Origin: an uncultured virus (IMG/VR IMGVR_UViG_3300023184_009054)
Lineage: Duplodnaviria > Heunggongvirae > Uroviricota > Caudoviricetes
Length of the DNA stretch: 64,000 nt
Strand: one strand, 5' to 3'
IMG/VR virus record: IMGVR_UViG_3300023184_009054
Shown piece by piece: positions 10,051-20,139 of the stretch. The notes under the pieces were generated by a model. It was not told the DNA's origin. It saw only the letters and a program-made list of their open reading frames with translations, and did not search any database. Both the position numbers and the translations under genes were made by a program. Numbering within the stretch: position 1 is the first letter of the stretch; every line of letters starts with the position of its first letter.

Positions 10051-10265
10051 CTCGGTGGTACTAAGTTCTGTAACTGTAAGCCAAAAGCCATAATAGCTGG
10101 ATTAGTAGGTTTACAAGCCACAATGAAATCCCCAATGTCTAAAGCAAGATTGAGATCTAAATCGACATCAACACGATGCTTAATGGAAAACGATGGATCT
10201 TTAGTCTTATTTCTAGTATCTTCAAAATCATTATTTTTTTTGAATCTAGGGTTAAATTCATTCAT
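10047..10265 (-). CDS. Hypothetical protein
   Basis: 72 aa, overlaps neighbours. Confidence 0.6.
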   Translation of the reverse strand: MNEFNPRFKKNNDFEDTRNKTKDPSFSIKHRVDVDLDLNLALDIGDFIVACKPTNPAIMAFGLQLQNLVPPS

Positions 10266-10581
10266 AATTCAGACCTTTCACTGTTATATATAAAAAATCA
10301 ATATTAGGAAGTTTATCCTGCAATTCGATAGGGAGTTTTATAACATTAGATTCAGTAGCATACAATATGAAATTATCATTTTTAGAAATAATCTTAATGA
10401 ACATATCATAATTAGGAATTTTACCCGATGATATCACCAATGAAATGCCATCATTGCACACTTCCTTTGAATGTTCAATAAATATTTTTAAAATTTCAGA
10501 TTCAAGTTGGATATTCCACTCAGGAAATATCCAACTATCATTCTTTTTAATGATTGGCACCACAGCCAAGCTATTACACAT
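10258..10581 (-). CDS. Hypothetical protein
   Basis: 107 aa, SD AGGAG. Confidence 0.6.
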   Translation of the reverse strand: MCNSLAVVPIIKKNDSWIFPEWNIQLESEILKIFIEHSKEVCNDGISLVISSGKIPNYDMFIKIISKNDNFILYATESNVIKLPIELQDKLPNIDFLYITVKGLNYE

Positions 10582-11467
10582 TTAAGCTCCTATGTTTTTT
10601 TATTACACTTACAGCCCTTTTAAAAGCATTTGTAATGGTCATTTTTGAGTAATTTCTTTTTGTAGACGGATTAACTAATGATCTTGCAAGTTCTGACCTC
10701 CATCCATGCTTGCCACCAAGAGAAGCGATGATACATTTACGCTCCATATCTGATAGTGGTAAATTATCGATTTCAGAAACATCAAATGTAACTTCCAATT
10801 CATTTTGTGTCGCAACTGGATCAAACCTTAGACCATCAGAATCATACAAACTCTCAACCACACACTTTGTGATGTGGCTATTTACAATTCTCCGTTGTTT
10901 GGAGTTAAGATTTAGATCATCAAACACATCTTCTCTCGTTTTATTCGGATTTTGAAGCTTGTTTCTTTCGACTATACTCTTAAGCACATGATGCCTTCGA
11001 GGAGAAACTATAAGACGATTATTATTGATATAATGCGATCTATATCGCAAGGCAACTTTACGCAAAAATGAAGTTATTTCTTTAGTTTCATCTGTAAAAT
11101 AATAAAGAGAAAAGATGGACTTAAGAAATAATTCTTGCATAAAATCTTCATCGTTATGTGACCATTTGTACAGTAATGGAAAATGTCCTTCAATTACCGC
11201 CACCTCGATAGTCTTATTTCCCAATTCTGAGAATATTACCTTTTTGGGAATTAAAATTGTTTTGCAATCATTTTCAAATTCTGCAATTAAATTTTCTGGA
11301 ATTTTATCCGTGTTTGGTTTATCACTTAGTACCGACCATCTGAAGGCTACTTTTTCCTTACGAGGATAAAAAGATGCCCATTTTTTGATTAGTTCTGAGC
11401 TTTTCTTTATCTTTTCTTTTATAAAAGACTTATTTTCCTCAGAAAGACTATTATATTTGTAACTCAT
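10574..11467 (-). CDS. Divergent sigma-factor-like / HTH transcription protein
   Basis: Region-2-like EDFMQELFL..IFSLYYF; C-terminal LSDMERKCI...ELARSL...TITNAFKRA region-4-like HTH. Confidence 0.6.
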   Translation of the reverse strand: MSYKYNSLSEENKSFIKEKIKKSSELIKKWASFYPRKEKVAFRWSVLSDKPNTDKIPENLIAEFENDCKTILIPKKVIFSELGNKTIEVAVIEGHFPLLYKWSHNDEDFMQELFLKSIFSLYYFTDETKEITSFLRKVALRYRSHYINNNRLIVSPRRHHVLKSIVERNKLQNPNKTREDVFDDLNLNSKQRRIVNSHITKCVVESLYDSDGLRFDPVATQNELEVTFDVSEIDNLPLSDMERKCIIASLGGKHGWRSELARSLVNPSTKRNYSKMTITNAFKRAVSVIKKHRSLNV

Positions 11468-11649
11468 TGCTTCTTCAAACCAACCTTTCTTATTGTGATT
11501 GTTTACCGACTACAAACATAAGGTGAAAAGATTTGGCCGAAACTCAACCTATACTTTTCCCCTCACACATAGTCTTCGTTGTGAGTTGAGATTTATTTCA
11601 AGAAAATGATCCTAATAATGAAAATTTTTGACAAATTGATTTTTAAAAA

Positions 11650-11657
11650 TATAAATA
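11650..11657 (+). promoter_or_regulatory. T4-type late promoter (exact TATAAATA), exemplar of the nATAnATA motif
   Basis: TATAAATA 5 nt upstream of ATG 11663; variants at 1456, 2112, 5367, 6232, 13331, 26043, 32885, 38325, 48498, 56385. Confidence 0.75.
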
Positions 11658-11662
11658 AAGCC

Positions 11663-12067
11663 ATGAACATTATTCATTTTTTTGAATGGGAACAGCCAGA
11701 TATCATAAGCTTTGACTTTGACGATACTTTGTGCTTAAAACATGGCGTTCCAAACGAAGAAATTGTTAAAATTCTTAAAAATTACCATCGTGAAGGATGT
11801 ACATGCATAATAGTGACAGCAAGAAACCATGAGCATGAATCAGAGGAATGGTGGCGAGAAAATCAACCAAATCGTACTACTATAATTAAATTCCTGAAAA
11901 AAAATCAGATACCAATTGAAAAGATATTTTTCACCAACCATGAGCCAAAAGGCCCAATTTTAAAAAAATTAAATGTAAAATTGCACTATGACGACAAAGA
12001 CGAAGAATTAGAAAGTGCTAAAGATCACGGAATAAAAACCATAAAAGTGGAATATAAGGAAGTTTAA
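11663..12067 (+). CDS. HAD-superfamily phosphatase
   Basis: SFDFDDTL motif I, IVTAR motif II, K, HYDD motif IV; start reassigned to MNIIHFFEWE. Confidence 0.8.
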   Translation: MNIIHFFEWEQPDIISFDFDDTLCLKHGVPNEEIVKILKNYHREGCTCIIVTARNHEHESEEWWRENQPNRTTIIKFLKKNQIPIEKIFFTNHEPKGPILKKLNVKLHYDDKDEELESAKDHGIKTIKVEYKEV

Positions 12068-12756
12068 TGGAAAGAGTAAGTTTAATTGAAGGCCAAATAC
12101 CAGTGGTTATTTTTGCTCCTCATGGATTTCAAGGCAATGATGAAAATACTGCAATTATCGCAGAAAACATTGCGAGACAAATATCTGCCTTTGCGGTCAT
12201 AAACAAAGGATGGGAAAGAGCAGACACAGTGGATTGCATCAGAGACAAAGCTGATTGTAACAATGTTGATCATTGCCACACAGAAGTTGTTGATGAAGAA
12301 ATACTAGAGCCTATGCTTAAATTTACAAAAAAAGCAAAAGCCTTCGGCAACACAGTTTTTCTTTATAATATTCACGGAATGAGCAATAAGCATAGAAGTA
12401 AGATAAATGATAAGATTGATATGGTCATTGGCTATGGAGAAGGCAATCCAGCAAGCTACACTATGGATATTTGGAGAAAAGATTTCTTTATGCATAGGCT
12501 TTTAAGTTTTGGAATTAACGCATATGAAGGCAAATCTGGAGGTCCTTTTAGTGGGTGGTCAAGGAACAATATGAATCAATTATTTCGAAAATGGAATTTA
12601 GACAATAGCATACAGGCATTGCAATTAGAAATAGCACATGAATTAAGATCAGATAAAGAAATGTGCATGTTATTTAGTGATTACTTGGCTACTTGCATTG
12701 GCGATCTTATTGGCATAAATGATTTTATACCAGAAAAAAAATATAAAAGTTATTGA
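12067..12756 (+). CDS. N-formylglutamate amidohydrolase / poly-gamma-glutamate hydrolase-like Zn hydrolase
   Basis: APHG, D, NIHG, ALQLEI motifs. Confidence 0.65.
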   Translation: MERVSLIEGQIPVVIFAPHGFQGNDENTAIIAENIARQISAFAVINKGWERADTVDCIRDKADCNNVDHCHTEVVDEEILEPMLKFTKKAKAFGNTVFLYNIHGMSNKHRSKINDKIDMVIGYGEGNPASYTMDIWRKDFFMHRLLSFGINAYEGKSGGPFSGWSRNNMNQLFRKWNLDNSIQALQLEIAHELRSDKEMCMLFSDYLATCIGDLIGINDFIPEKKYKSY

Positions 12757-12766
12757 TTAAATTTTT

Positions 12767-13324
12767 TTAAAACAAAGTAATTATTATTTTTTTAGTAATT
12801 TTTATAATAATATCATCATATAATTTATTTTTAAATGCTCTAAGATCAAAAACTTCTATCTTGTCACCTTTTGCTATTTTTTTTATTTCTCTCACAACTA
12901 AATCTGTGCCAACCAAGTCTTCAATAATATAAATACCATTTTTTTTAAGAATTGGATAAAATTTATTAAAAGCTTCGATTTGATTTTCGGCACGATGATC
13001 TGCATCGTCTATAATAATGTCAAAATTTATTTTTATCAATTCACTTGGAATTTCATCTTTATATAAATTCATTTTAAACAACTTGATTCTTTTTATATCT
13101 TGATGTTGTGAAAAAAATCTATTTTGAGAAAGATCTATATCTACTCCAAAAATTTTAGCTTTAGGTAAAACATTGGCAAATGTCAAAATGCTACCACCAT
13201 GCTGTACACCTAATTCCAATAAATTTATTTCGCTGTTTAAAAATGGCTGAAAAAGGCCATCATAAAAAGGGCCATAAGCATGTGCTGTGTTTTTGTCTGT
13301 AATGTTAGATTCTGAAAATTTCAT
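12767..13324 (-). CDS. Class I SAM methyltransferase (sugar/small-molecule type)
   Basis: TDK...HAY, LLELGVQHGGS, GVDID, FDIIIDDADH, GIYIIED. Confidence 0.85.
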   Translation of the reverse strand: MKFSESNITDKNTAHAYGPFYDGLFQPFLNSEINLLELGVQHGGSILTFANVLPKAKIFGVDIDLSQNRFFSQHQDIKRIKLFKMNLYKDEIPSELIKINFDIIIDDADHRAENQIEAFNKFYPILKKNGIYIIEDLVGTDLVVREIKKIAKGDKIEVFDLRAFKNKLYDDIIIKITKKIIITLF

Positions 13325-13370
13325 ATGATTTATATATGATTTTTCAAAATTTAATTAAAAAATATAAAAG

Positions 13371-13847
13371 TTATTGATTTTTTATATTTCGATCAATGAA
13401 AGACTGATCTTCTGGATTTACATTTATATTTTCTGGTTTTCTATTTAAAGACCAATCATAATTTAAGAAGATGAAGTTTTTTTCTTGATTGTTTTTTTCT
13501 ATTATGGAAAAATTTTCATTAAAGCCTATTCCTAAATTGTTTATTCTTTGAGAATTTTTTTTCAATTCTTTTTCTATATTTGTCATTCTTTCAATGATAG
13601 ATTCATCTACATTTGTCATTTTGCCAGTGACAGATTCATCTACAACTGGTTTGTTGGTGCTTTTAATTTTAAAATGTTCAATAAGCGAATATCTAAATTT
13701 ATCATTCTTTTTAAGAAAAAGTCCAATCATAATAAAAGAAAGTGTAATAATTACAAAGTATAAAAATAAATTGCTTTTTTGTTTTACGATATTTTTTTTT
13801 GATTTATTTAATATCTCATTTTCAAGTTCTTTTTCCCATGATTCCAT
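13371..13847 (-). CDS. Single-pass membrane protein with coiled coil
   Basis: TM at about aa 27-45; SD GGGGGA. Confidence 0.65.
   Translation of the reverse strand: MESWEKELENEILNKSKKNIVKQKSNLFLYFVIITLSFIMIGLFLKKNDKFRYSLIEHFKIKSTNKPVVDESVTGKMTNVDESIIERMTNIEKELKKNSQRINNLGIGFNENFSIIEKNNQEKNFIFLNYDWSLNRKPENINVNPEDQSFIDRNIKNQ
13578..13643. repeat. 33-bp imperfect tandem duplication within CDS
   Basis: Encodes VDESVTGKMTN / VDESIIERMTN. Confidence 0.8.
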
Positions 13848-13859
13848 ATATCCCCCAAA

Positions 13860-14774
13860 TTATTTGTGCTTCAATAGGCTTTTATGTATAGATATGACCA
13901 TATTGTTATAAATTTGACATTCATATTTTCTCTTATAAGAAAAAAGAGGCTCTAAATAAATTCCTCTTCTTATATTTCCAATATAATGTAAATTTTTTTT
14001 TGGACTATCATACATTGAAATTGCAATATATTTTTCTTTATCTTTATACACTGATAAATCACATCTTGTTTTGATGGCATCTTTGGATAAGCTTTTTATG
14101 TAATTTTGAGATTGATATTCTTGTGTATTGATCTTGGTAGAAAGTTTCATTTTTTCTGCGTCTATGAGATTATGCAATACCTTTTTATCTCCGTATTTAT
14201 TTTTTTCATAAATTTTTCTTATGTTGTGCAAATTTTCAATTGAAATATTTGAATGTCCTTTTAATCCATTGCATATTGAACACATAGTTTGATAATTTGA
14301 ATGTCTATCTGTTCCTCCTACACACTTGGGTGTAATGTGATCCTTAGTCAAGAGGACAAGGCCATCTTGACTTTTAGCATAAAGATTAAAATGAGGAGTA
14401 ACATCATTCAAGTTTTTTTCCAATATGACTTTTGTGCCTTCGATGCCACAACAAACACATTTGTTGTTTTCTCTAAACAGAAAGTATCTCTGCGAGTTCA
14501 TCTTTACAATGTACTCTTTACCTTGAAATGAAATTTTAAAATTATTGTTTGTTTTTTTTAATTTTTCTAATATAAAAGACCAAGAATATTCCTTGATCCT
14601 TTGAATTTCTATATTACTTTTTAATTCTTCGACTTTGATTTCTAAATCAATATTTGGAAAATTCAAATCACGAATGGCATTGGTTAATTCATCAAATGCT
14701 TTTTGTTGAACAAATTCTTTAGATTCACCACTTTTTATTGTCCATTTTACACTTGCCTTAATTTCATATTTCAT
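13860..14774 (-). CDS. HNH endonuclease domain protein
   Basis: CVCCG...TKDHITPKCVGG...NYQTMCSICNGLKG. Confidence 0.85.
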   Translation of the reverse strand: MKYEIKASVKWTIKSGESKEFVQQKAFDELTNAIRDLNFPNIDLEIKVEELKSNIEIQRIKEYSWSFILEKLKKTNNNFKISFQGKEYIVKMNSQRYFLFRENNKCVCCGIEGTKVILEKNLNDVTPHFNLYAKSQDGLVLLTKDHITPKCVGGTDRHSNYQTMCSICNGLKGHSNISIENLHNIRKIYEKNKYGDKKVLHNLIDAEKMKLSTKINTQEYQSQNYIKSLSKDAIKTRCDLSVYKDKEKYIAISMYDSPKKNLHYIGNIRRGIYLEPLFSYKRKYECQIYNNMVISIHKSLLKHK

Positions 14775-15028
14775 TGAAACTCTTCATTCATATGATCTGC
14801 TTCGGCTTGACTGTATAAAAGCTCATAAACCATAAGGCCACAATAGGCTGTAATCAATTTGTTTTTATTTATTTTAGAAAACGACCTAATCCATGTGCTT
14901 ATAATTGGATTGACTTCTTCTATTTCTTTAAGTTTGTTTTCAATATACAAAACATCATCAGCGTTTTGCAAATTTCCAATTAATGAAAATGTCGTTTCTT
15001 TTTTAACCACAGGCAAATACTTTTTCAT
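14771..15028 (-). CDS. Hypothetical protein
   Basis: 85 aa, in operon. Confidence 0.6.
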   Translation of the reverse strand: MKKYLPVVKKETTFSLIGNLQNADDVLYIENKLKEIEEVNPIISTWIRSFSKINKNKLITAYCGLMVYELLYSQAEADHMNEEFQ

Positions 15029-15036
15029 TATCTTCC

Positions 15037-15930
15037 TTAAGGTAATATCTGAAGTACATAATCATTAAACACTTGTGCCATCTGGTGTTCTGGGAATGCT
15101 TTGCTGTAGTTATCCCTAGTTATTCTTGATGACACCAATTTGTTGTCTTTGAAGAAATCTTCAACGAGAGTTTTAACACCATCTTGACTAACCGTCTTAA
15201 ACCTAGCACCATCAAACCATTTATTGTTTTCGGCAATTGGAAAATAAGTCTTCTGTTTTATATCACTAATAAGACCAAGCTCTGTTAACTCTTCGTCTGT
15301 AAACACCAATTGAACATAAGCTTTATTTAACTTTCTATACAAATGAGTTCCATGCCTTGATGAAAAAGGGTGGCAACGAACAAATATTTTTGAATTTTCA
15401 TTAACAATCTGGCGAACTTTATTTAAAATTTCAACTGGGTTTTCAGTATGATCCAAAACATCATAAAGCAAAACAAAATCGTAAGGACCATTTTCTTTGA
15501 TTTTTTCAAAGTCATTTGTCAACAAAAAGCTTTCTTTTTTTTCTTCCCAATTTAAATTACCACTTTTCAAAATATCATAACCATGAGACTTAGTCGCTCC
15601 AGATGTAGAGACATTAAGTGCAACATGTCCTTCTCCACATCCAAAATCCAAAAAGCTTTTATCTCGTAAGTCCTGACTTAAATAAGAAACAATACCTTCG
15701 GCCCTATCGATTTTATCTTGTTCGTTCTCTTCACAGATTAAAAAATCAGGGGCGGCTTGAGGCCATTCTTCCGACATAAGAAGTGATTTTAAAACATCAA
15801 AATCAGATTTTTTTTCTGTTTCTGGAATATTTTCTATTTTTCGATCATTGGTAATTGAAGCAATTTTTTTAAGTTGTGTCAGAATATCTTCAAAATTCTG
15901 AATGATTTTATCTAAGCTCATGAAATCCAT
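15037..15930 (-). CDS. Class I SAM methyltransferase with N-terminal helical extension; paralog of 29689..30564
   Basis: FLDFGCGEG, YDFVLLYDVLDH, FVRCHPFSSRHGTHL. Confidence 0.85.
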   Translation of the reverse strand: MDFMSLDKIIQNFEDILTQLKKIASITNDRKIENIPETEKKSDFDVLKSLLMSEEWPQAAPDFLICEENEQDKIDRAEGIVSYLSQDLRDKSFLDFGCGEGHVALNVSTSGATKSHGYDILKSGNLNWEEKKESFLLTNDFEKIKENGPYDFVLLYDVLDHTENPVEILNKVRQIVNENSKIFVRCHPFSSRHGTHLYRKLNKAYVQLVFTDEELTELGLISDIKQKTYFPIAENNKWFDGARFKTVSQDGVKTLVEDFFKDNKLVSSRITRDNYSKAFPEHQMAQVFNDYVLQILP

Positions 15931-15985
15931 CCTTTATAAAAGCCTATTCTATAATAGGAATTATAAAACAAAATTTAAAAAAATT

Positions 15986-16738
15986 TCAACCTTTAAGTGA
16001 TTGTAATTTTTGTTCTAAGCTTTTTTTTGAATGCATTTTAAATGTTGGGTACATATAACTAAAAGAATTTTTAACATTATTGAAGAAATCATCATATTTA
16101 GCCTGAATTATAATATCGCCATCTACTTTAAGAGTTCCAGCTAAATGAGCCATTCCACTGTCTATTCCAAAAAAACCAGAAGATTCCATTAGTTTTTTTG
16201 ATAGATTGATCAAATCAGAAAAAAAACACTCACGGTCTTCAATATAAGTTTTTGTTTCTGTTCCACCTATGCATATAGATTTTTTCTTCTCAAATGTTCC
16301 AAAAGCATTTCTCACATCATTGTTCGTAAAACTTTTTCTAGCTTCTACCGATCTACACAAAAAATGAAAACACAAAAAGTCTTTTTTTTCTTTAATGCTA
16401 TAAAATGTGTCAGGTAAGATAAATTTTTTTAATTTCATCTTTTTAAGGGTACTAAGTCCAAAGCATATATTTAAGTAAGAATAAGGAAGGTAATGGTCAA
16501 AACAAACAGTATTAAGTTCGGGTTTCCAAGGATGAAAATAATCACTCAAATAAATTCGACCATTGTAATTAAATATTTTAAAAAGCTTAGAATAAATTTC
16601 GGGATTTTCTCCCGAAATTCCTATCTTTATGCCTTCTTGTATGGCTAAATTATATAAAATATTAAAACTTGTAATTATATCGCCAAGATGCATGAACCGC
16701 AAATATACTTTCCCATCATTTTTTTTCAATTTTATCAT
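15986..16738 (-). CDS. GT9 (heptosyltransferase-like) GT-B protein
   Basis: HLGDII N-terminal; FFGIDSGMAHLA. Confidence 0.7.
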   Translation of the reverse strand: MIKLKKNDGKVYLRFMHLGDIITSFNILYNLAIQEGIKIGISGENPEIYSKLFKIFNYNGRIYLSDYFHPWKPELNTVCFDHYLPYSYLNICFGLSTLKKMKLKKFILPDTFYSIKEKKDFLCFHFLCRSVEARKSFTNNDVRNAFGTFEKKKSICIGGTETKTYIEDRECFFSDLINLSKKLMESSGFFGIDSGMAHLAGTLKVDGDIIIQAKYDDFFNNVKNSFSYMYPTFKMHSKKSLEQKLQSLKG

Positions 16739-17172
16739 AGCTGTGAATTAAAATTTATTTTTCTTAAGATATTTTTTTGCTTGTCTCTTTGTTTGAGATA
16801 GTAACTTATTCCCTTTTTTATTTGATTTTCTTTAGATTCTCTTACATCTCCAAAAATTGCATAATTCTCCATTTTTATAAGCTTGGCCATATTATCTTCC
16901 CCGCCAAACAAACTAAGCTCTCTAATTCTAATATCCACTTCTTCACTTGCTTTTTTTTGAATTTCTTCCTCAGTCATAACAACAAGATCCACATCAATTG
17001 GCAAAGAAACCTTTCTGATATTTTCCCACATCCATACAGGAATAATGACCACATGATTAGTGTCATTTTTCAAAACCTCGACTTCTTCAAGTTGCAAATA
17101 AATATTATCAGCATCAAAGCACTGCTTGTATACTTTGTATCCTTCTCCAGAAGACAAATTTATCTTAGTCAT
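16735..17172 (-). CDS. Hypothetical protein
   Basis: 145 aa, SD AGGAG. Confidence 0.65.
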   Translation of the reverse strand: MTKINLSSGEGYKVYKQCFDADNIYLQLEEVEVLKNDTNHVVIIPVWMWENIRKVSLPIDVDLVVMTEEEIQKKASEEVDIRIRELSLFGGEDNMAKLIKMENYAIFGDVRESKENQIKKGISYYLKQRDKQKNILRKINFNSQL

Positions 17173-17281
17173 GAAAATTCTCCTACAGACAAATTATAAG
17201 AGAAAATAATAACAATAAAAATATTTGTTTTTATTTTTATGTAATCTTAAAATTAAACAAATAACTTTTTGGTGAGATATA

Positions 17282-17872
17282 ATGCCATACAAAGATAAAG
17301 AAGATTGTAAAAAGTATCAAAAAAAATATCATAAAGATTGGTATGATATGAATAAGGAAAATAGAAAAAAACAAATAAAAAAAAGAAAAGTTGAAATCTA
17401 CGGAGAAGTGGCCAACTTCAAATCAACCAATAAATGCAAGATATGCAAAGAATCAAATCCAGTCGCACTAGATTTTCATCATCTTTCTGATAAAAAATTT
17501 GGAATTCGTGCTGGTATCTCTTCTGGGTATAACCTAAAAAAAATAGTTGATGAGATGTCCAAATGTATAGTGTTGTGTGCGAATTGTCACAGGAAAGAAC
17601 ACTACGACAAAAAAGAAAATAAAAAAATAAACAATCGTGAAAAAATAAACAATTTCAAATCAATCAATAAATGCAAGATATGCAAAGAATCAAATCCAGT
17701 CGCACTAGATTTTCATCATTTGTCTGATAAAAAATTTGAAATCAGCAAAGTATCAAGCTCCAGATATAGTCTCGAACATATAATGAATGAAATATCAAAA
17801 TGTATATTGCTATGTGCGAATTGTCATAGAAAAGAACATTATGGCGAAAAATCAGAATCATCCCACTCGTAA
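17282..17872 (+). CDS. Tandem double-HNH endonuclease (free-standing, homing-endonuclease-like)
   Basis: Two copies of CKIC...LDFHH...K...EI.KC..LCANCHRKEH; opposite strand to neighbours. Confidence 0.85.
   Translation: MPYKDKEDCKKYQKKYHKDWYDMNKENRKKQIKKRKVEIYGEVANFKSTNKCKICKESNPVALDFHHLSDKKFGIRAGISSGYNLKKIVDEMSKCIVLCANCHRKEHYDKKENKKINNREKINNFKSINKCKICKESNPVALDFHHLSDKKFEISKVSSSRYSLEHIMNEISKCILLCANCHRKEHYGEKSESSHS
17414..17738 (+). repeat. 88-bp direct repeat (17414-17501 / 17651-17738)
   Basis: 84/88 identical by manual alignment, offset 237 nt (79 codons). Confidence 0.9.
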
Positions 17873-18192
17873 GGAATAATCTTCCATATGTCTAGGGCGG
17901 TATAATCTTCTTTTAAATCCATTTCTGGATGCAACTGCCAGCTAGTAATTCTAACACCTCGAACAGTAACTTTGTGATCTTCCATCATCATGCACAAATT
18001 GAGTGCTGTTCCTTGTTCGTGCCAATCATCCATTTCCCGATCAGATGGCTCAATTTGAATGATTAGATGTCCTGTAATATCCTCTAGCTGATAACTGCTA
18101 GGTAAAGGAAATTGACCCGCATTCGATGGGTAATCACCAGGGTCTTCCCAAATATCTAATTCTACAGATAAAGTGTTTTCAAGAATTTTCAT
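17839..18192 (-). CDS. Hypothetical acidic protein
   Basis: 117 aa, SD GAGG. Confidence 0.65.
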   Translation of the reverse strand: MKILENTLSVELDIWEDPGDYPSNAGQFPLPSSYQLEDITGHLIIQIEPSDREMDDWHEQGTALNLCMMMEDHKVTVRGVRITSWQLHPEMDLKEDYTALDIWKIIPYEWDDSDFSP

Positions 18193-18232
18193 ATGCTTCG
18201 CCTCAATATAAAATTACATAAATATATTTTTG

Positions 18233-18269
18233 ATAAGAATCACAAATCAATATGACTTGTGATTCTTAT
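18233..18269. terminator. Hairpin/terminator after 18281..19174
   Basis: ATAAGAATCACAA/TTGTGATTCTTAT 13-bp perfect inverted repeat. Confidence 0.7.
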
Positions 18270-18280
18270 TCGCTCAAAAA

Positions 18281-19174
18281 TTAGTCTGCGTTTGTGCCAA
18301 GAATATCAGCAGCAGCAGCAATTTTTCGATTACTCTGTTCGACTGGATTGTCGCCAACCGCAAATTTTGGATATGCAGGATAAGATACTGGTTTGATCAA
18401 ATTAAAGATTGCGATCAATTGATCCACACTCTTTGCATATGCACAGACCCGTTCCAGAAATCCATCACGAAGAGTAACACCAGAATCACGATGAATAAGA
18501 GCGATTTTTTCATCATCGGTAAGACCTTCAATCGTTGTCTTTCCAGATGCTGTCAAAAACATAGCAAGCTTTTTACCAGCAGATTTTTCAATCTCAGTCG
18601 CTGGCACAAATTCCCTGCCGCTTCCATAATGACCAGTCAATAAATCGGTGATGGGGCGAACACCAATCACTGGATTTAAAATCAATTCGTTATTTACCAA
18701 AGATTCGGCATCATGTGGATGTAAGCCAGAATCAGCAAATGCCGAAATATAAACACTTTTTGCATCAAGTCCTTCAGTGACTTCTGGAAGTTTCACTTTG
18801 AATTTATCGGTGAACAGCCAACTTGCGGTGTGATCAACAGTGTTGTTCTTTTCCGTTTGTAGTTGGGGATTAGAAGGTCTTGATCTAGATTCAAAATATT
18901 TTGTACAAAATTCTTGTAAACATATTTCATTCAAAATGTCTTTTGAATTTTCTAATCGCTGCATAACTGGTTCAGCTACAATTTTTGCAGAAATCCAACG
19001 AGTGAACACTTCTTGTGCTTCTTCATCTAGATGTATTTTCCACTTGGGAGCTTTACCTTTTACCATTGGGGTAATTGCAGGTAGAGATGCGACCAAGGAT
19101 TCTAAAACATTTGCTACAGATTCTGTAGTGGAAGATTTGGATACGGACACAGACTTTGTGGCTTTTTTGGCCAT
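18281..19174 (-). CDS. Hypothetical protein, own transcription unit
   Basis: 297 aa, SD GAGGT, basic N-terminus MAKKATK, downstream hairpin. Confidence 0.75.
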   Translation of the reverse strand: MAKKATKSVSVSKSSTTESVANVLESLVASLPAITPMVKGKAPKWKIHLDEEAQEVFTRWISAKIVAEPVMQRLENSKDILNEICLQEFCTKYFESRSRPSNPQLQTEKNNTVDHTASWLFTDKFKVKLPEVTEGLDAKSVYISAFADSGLHPHDAESLVNNELILNPVIGVRPITDLLTGHYGSGREFVPATEIEKSAGKKLAMFLTASGKTTIEGLTDDEKIALIHRDSGVTLRDGFLERVCAYAKSVDQLIAIFNLIKPVSYPAYPKFAVGDNPVEQSNRKIAAAADILGTNAD

Positions 19175-19278
19175 GATACATTACCTCATACTATAACCAT
19201 TTGTTGCTTTGGCACATTGCCATCGCTAGGGTCAATATATGGAAATAAATTTAAAAGTAAGGTGAGAAAATATATTTT

Positions 19279-20139
19279 TCAAAAATTATTCGCAGAAATA
19301 AGAAGTGTTTGATCTGCCATTAGTATCCAAGACTGCAAAAAGTAAGCATTTGGTAAACTTTTTTGTTCCATTTCTCGAAGTAAAACTTTTGCATTTTCGT
19401 TTATTTTATTTAAATTTTCATGGTCATTATTCAACTGAACAAGAATTTTAATGTTATCTACCAAATCATAATACTGAAGAATTAAAGATTCATACATTTT
19501 TTTAGGCTCTAAGTAGAAGTATTTCAAAATATTTTCAACACAATCATTTGAATGTAGCTGTCCATTTGAATGATGCAACCATCCAGCACACATTAAGTCT
19601 ACTTTTTCATTCGGCTTTAAATTTATATCATATGCAGCCTCCTGTGTCATGGAGTACAAATGATTTTTTAATGGAATTTTTCCAAAAAATATATCATCCT
19701 TATGTAATTCTAAGGATTCATACTTTGACTTTCTAATATCTTTATTTATAAAATATTCTTGAACAAAAACCTTGCATTTTCTACAAATTCCATCGCCAAC
19801 TAAATCATTTTGACTTTCATTGTAAAAATCATGACTACAAGATTTTATTTTTTTAAAGTTATCATATGCATCATCCTCGGCAATTTCTATTTTTTTACCT
19901 CTTCCGGTAATCCATATTCTTGGCCTTTGCCATTTTTCAAGTATAAATATATTTGGCAAATTTATACTTTCTGGTATTTGTACATTAGCAGCAAATAAAT
20001 ATTTGTCTTTTTTATCTTTTTTTGAATAAAGATTTTTATATTTCAAATAATTTATTTCAGATTCTTTTATCTGAACAATCGCATCTTCGCCCCAATCCTT
20101 GGAACTTGAATATTCGATTTCTATGTTGTTAGAGTACAT
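19279..20139 (-). CDS. Hypothetical protein
   Basis: 286 aa; CSH...CRKC possible Zn site. Confidence 0.65.
   Translation of the reverse strand: MYSNNIEIEYSSSKDWGEDAIVQIKESEINYLKYKNLYSKKDKKDKYLFAANVQIPESINLPNIFILEKWQRPRIWITGRGKKIEIAEDDAYDNFKKIKSCSHDFYNESQNDLVGDGICRKCKVFVQEYFINKDIRKSKYESLELHKDDIFFGKIPLKNHLYSMTQEAAYDINLKPNEKVDLMCAGWLHHSNGQLHSNDCVENILKYFYLEPKKMYESLILQYYDLVDNIKILVQLNNDHENLNKINENAKVLLREMEQKSLPNAYFLQSWILMADQTLLISANNF

Noticed and set aside
17414..17738. DGR template/variable repeat pair
   Set aside because: Mismatches are C/T and T/G within two in-frame domains of one gene, and no reverse transcriptase is in the window.
19209..19228. Sigma54 promoter (TGGCAC...TTGC)
   Set aside because: The -24/-12 spacing is wrong; better explained as a small TGGCA/TGCCA hairpin in a leader.
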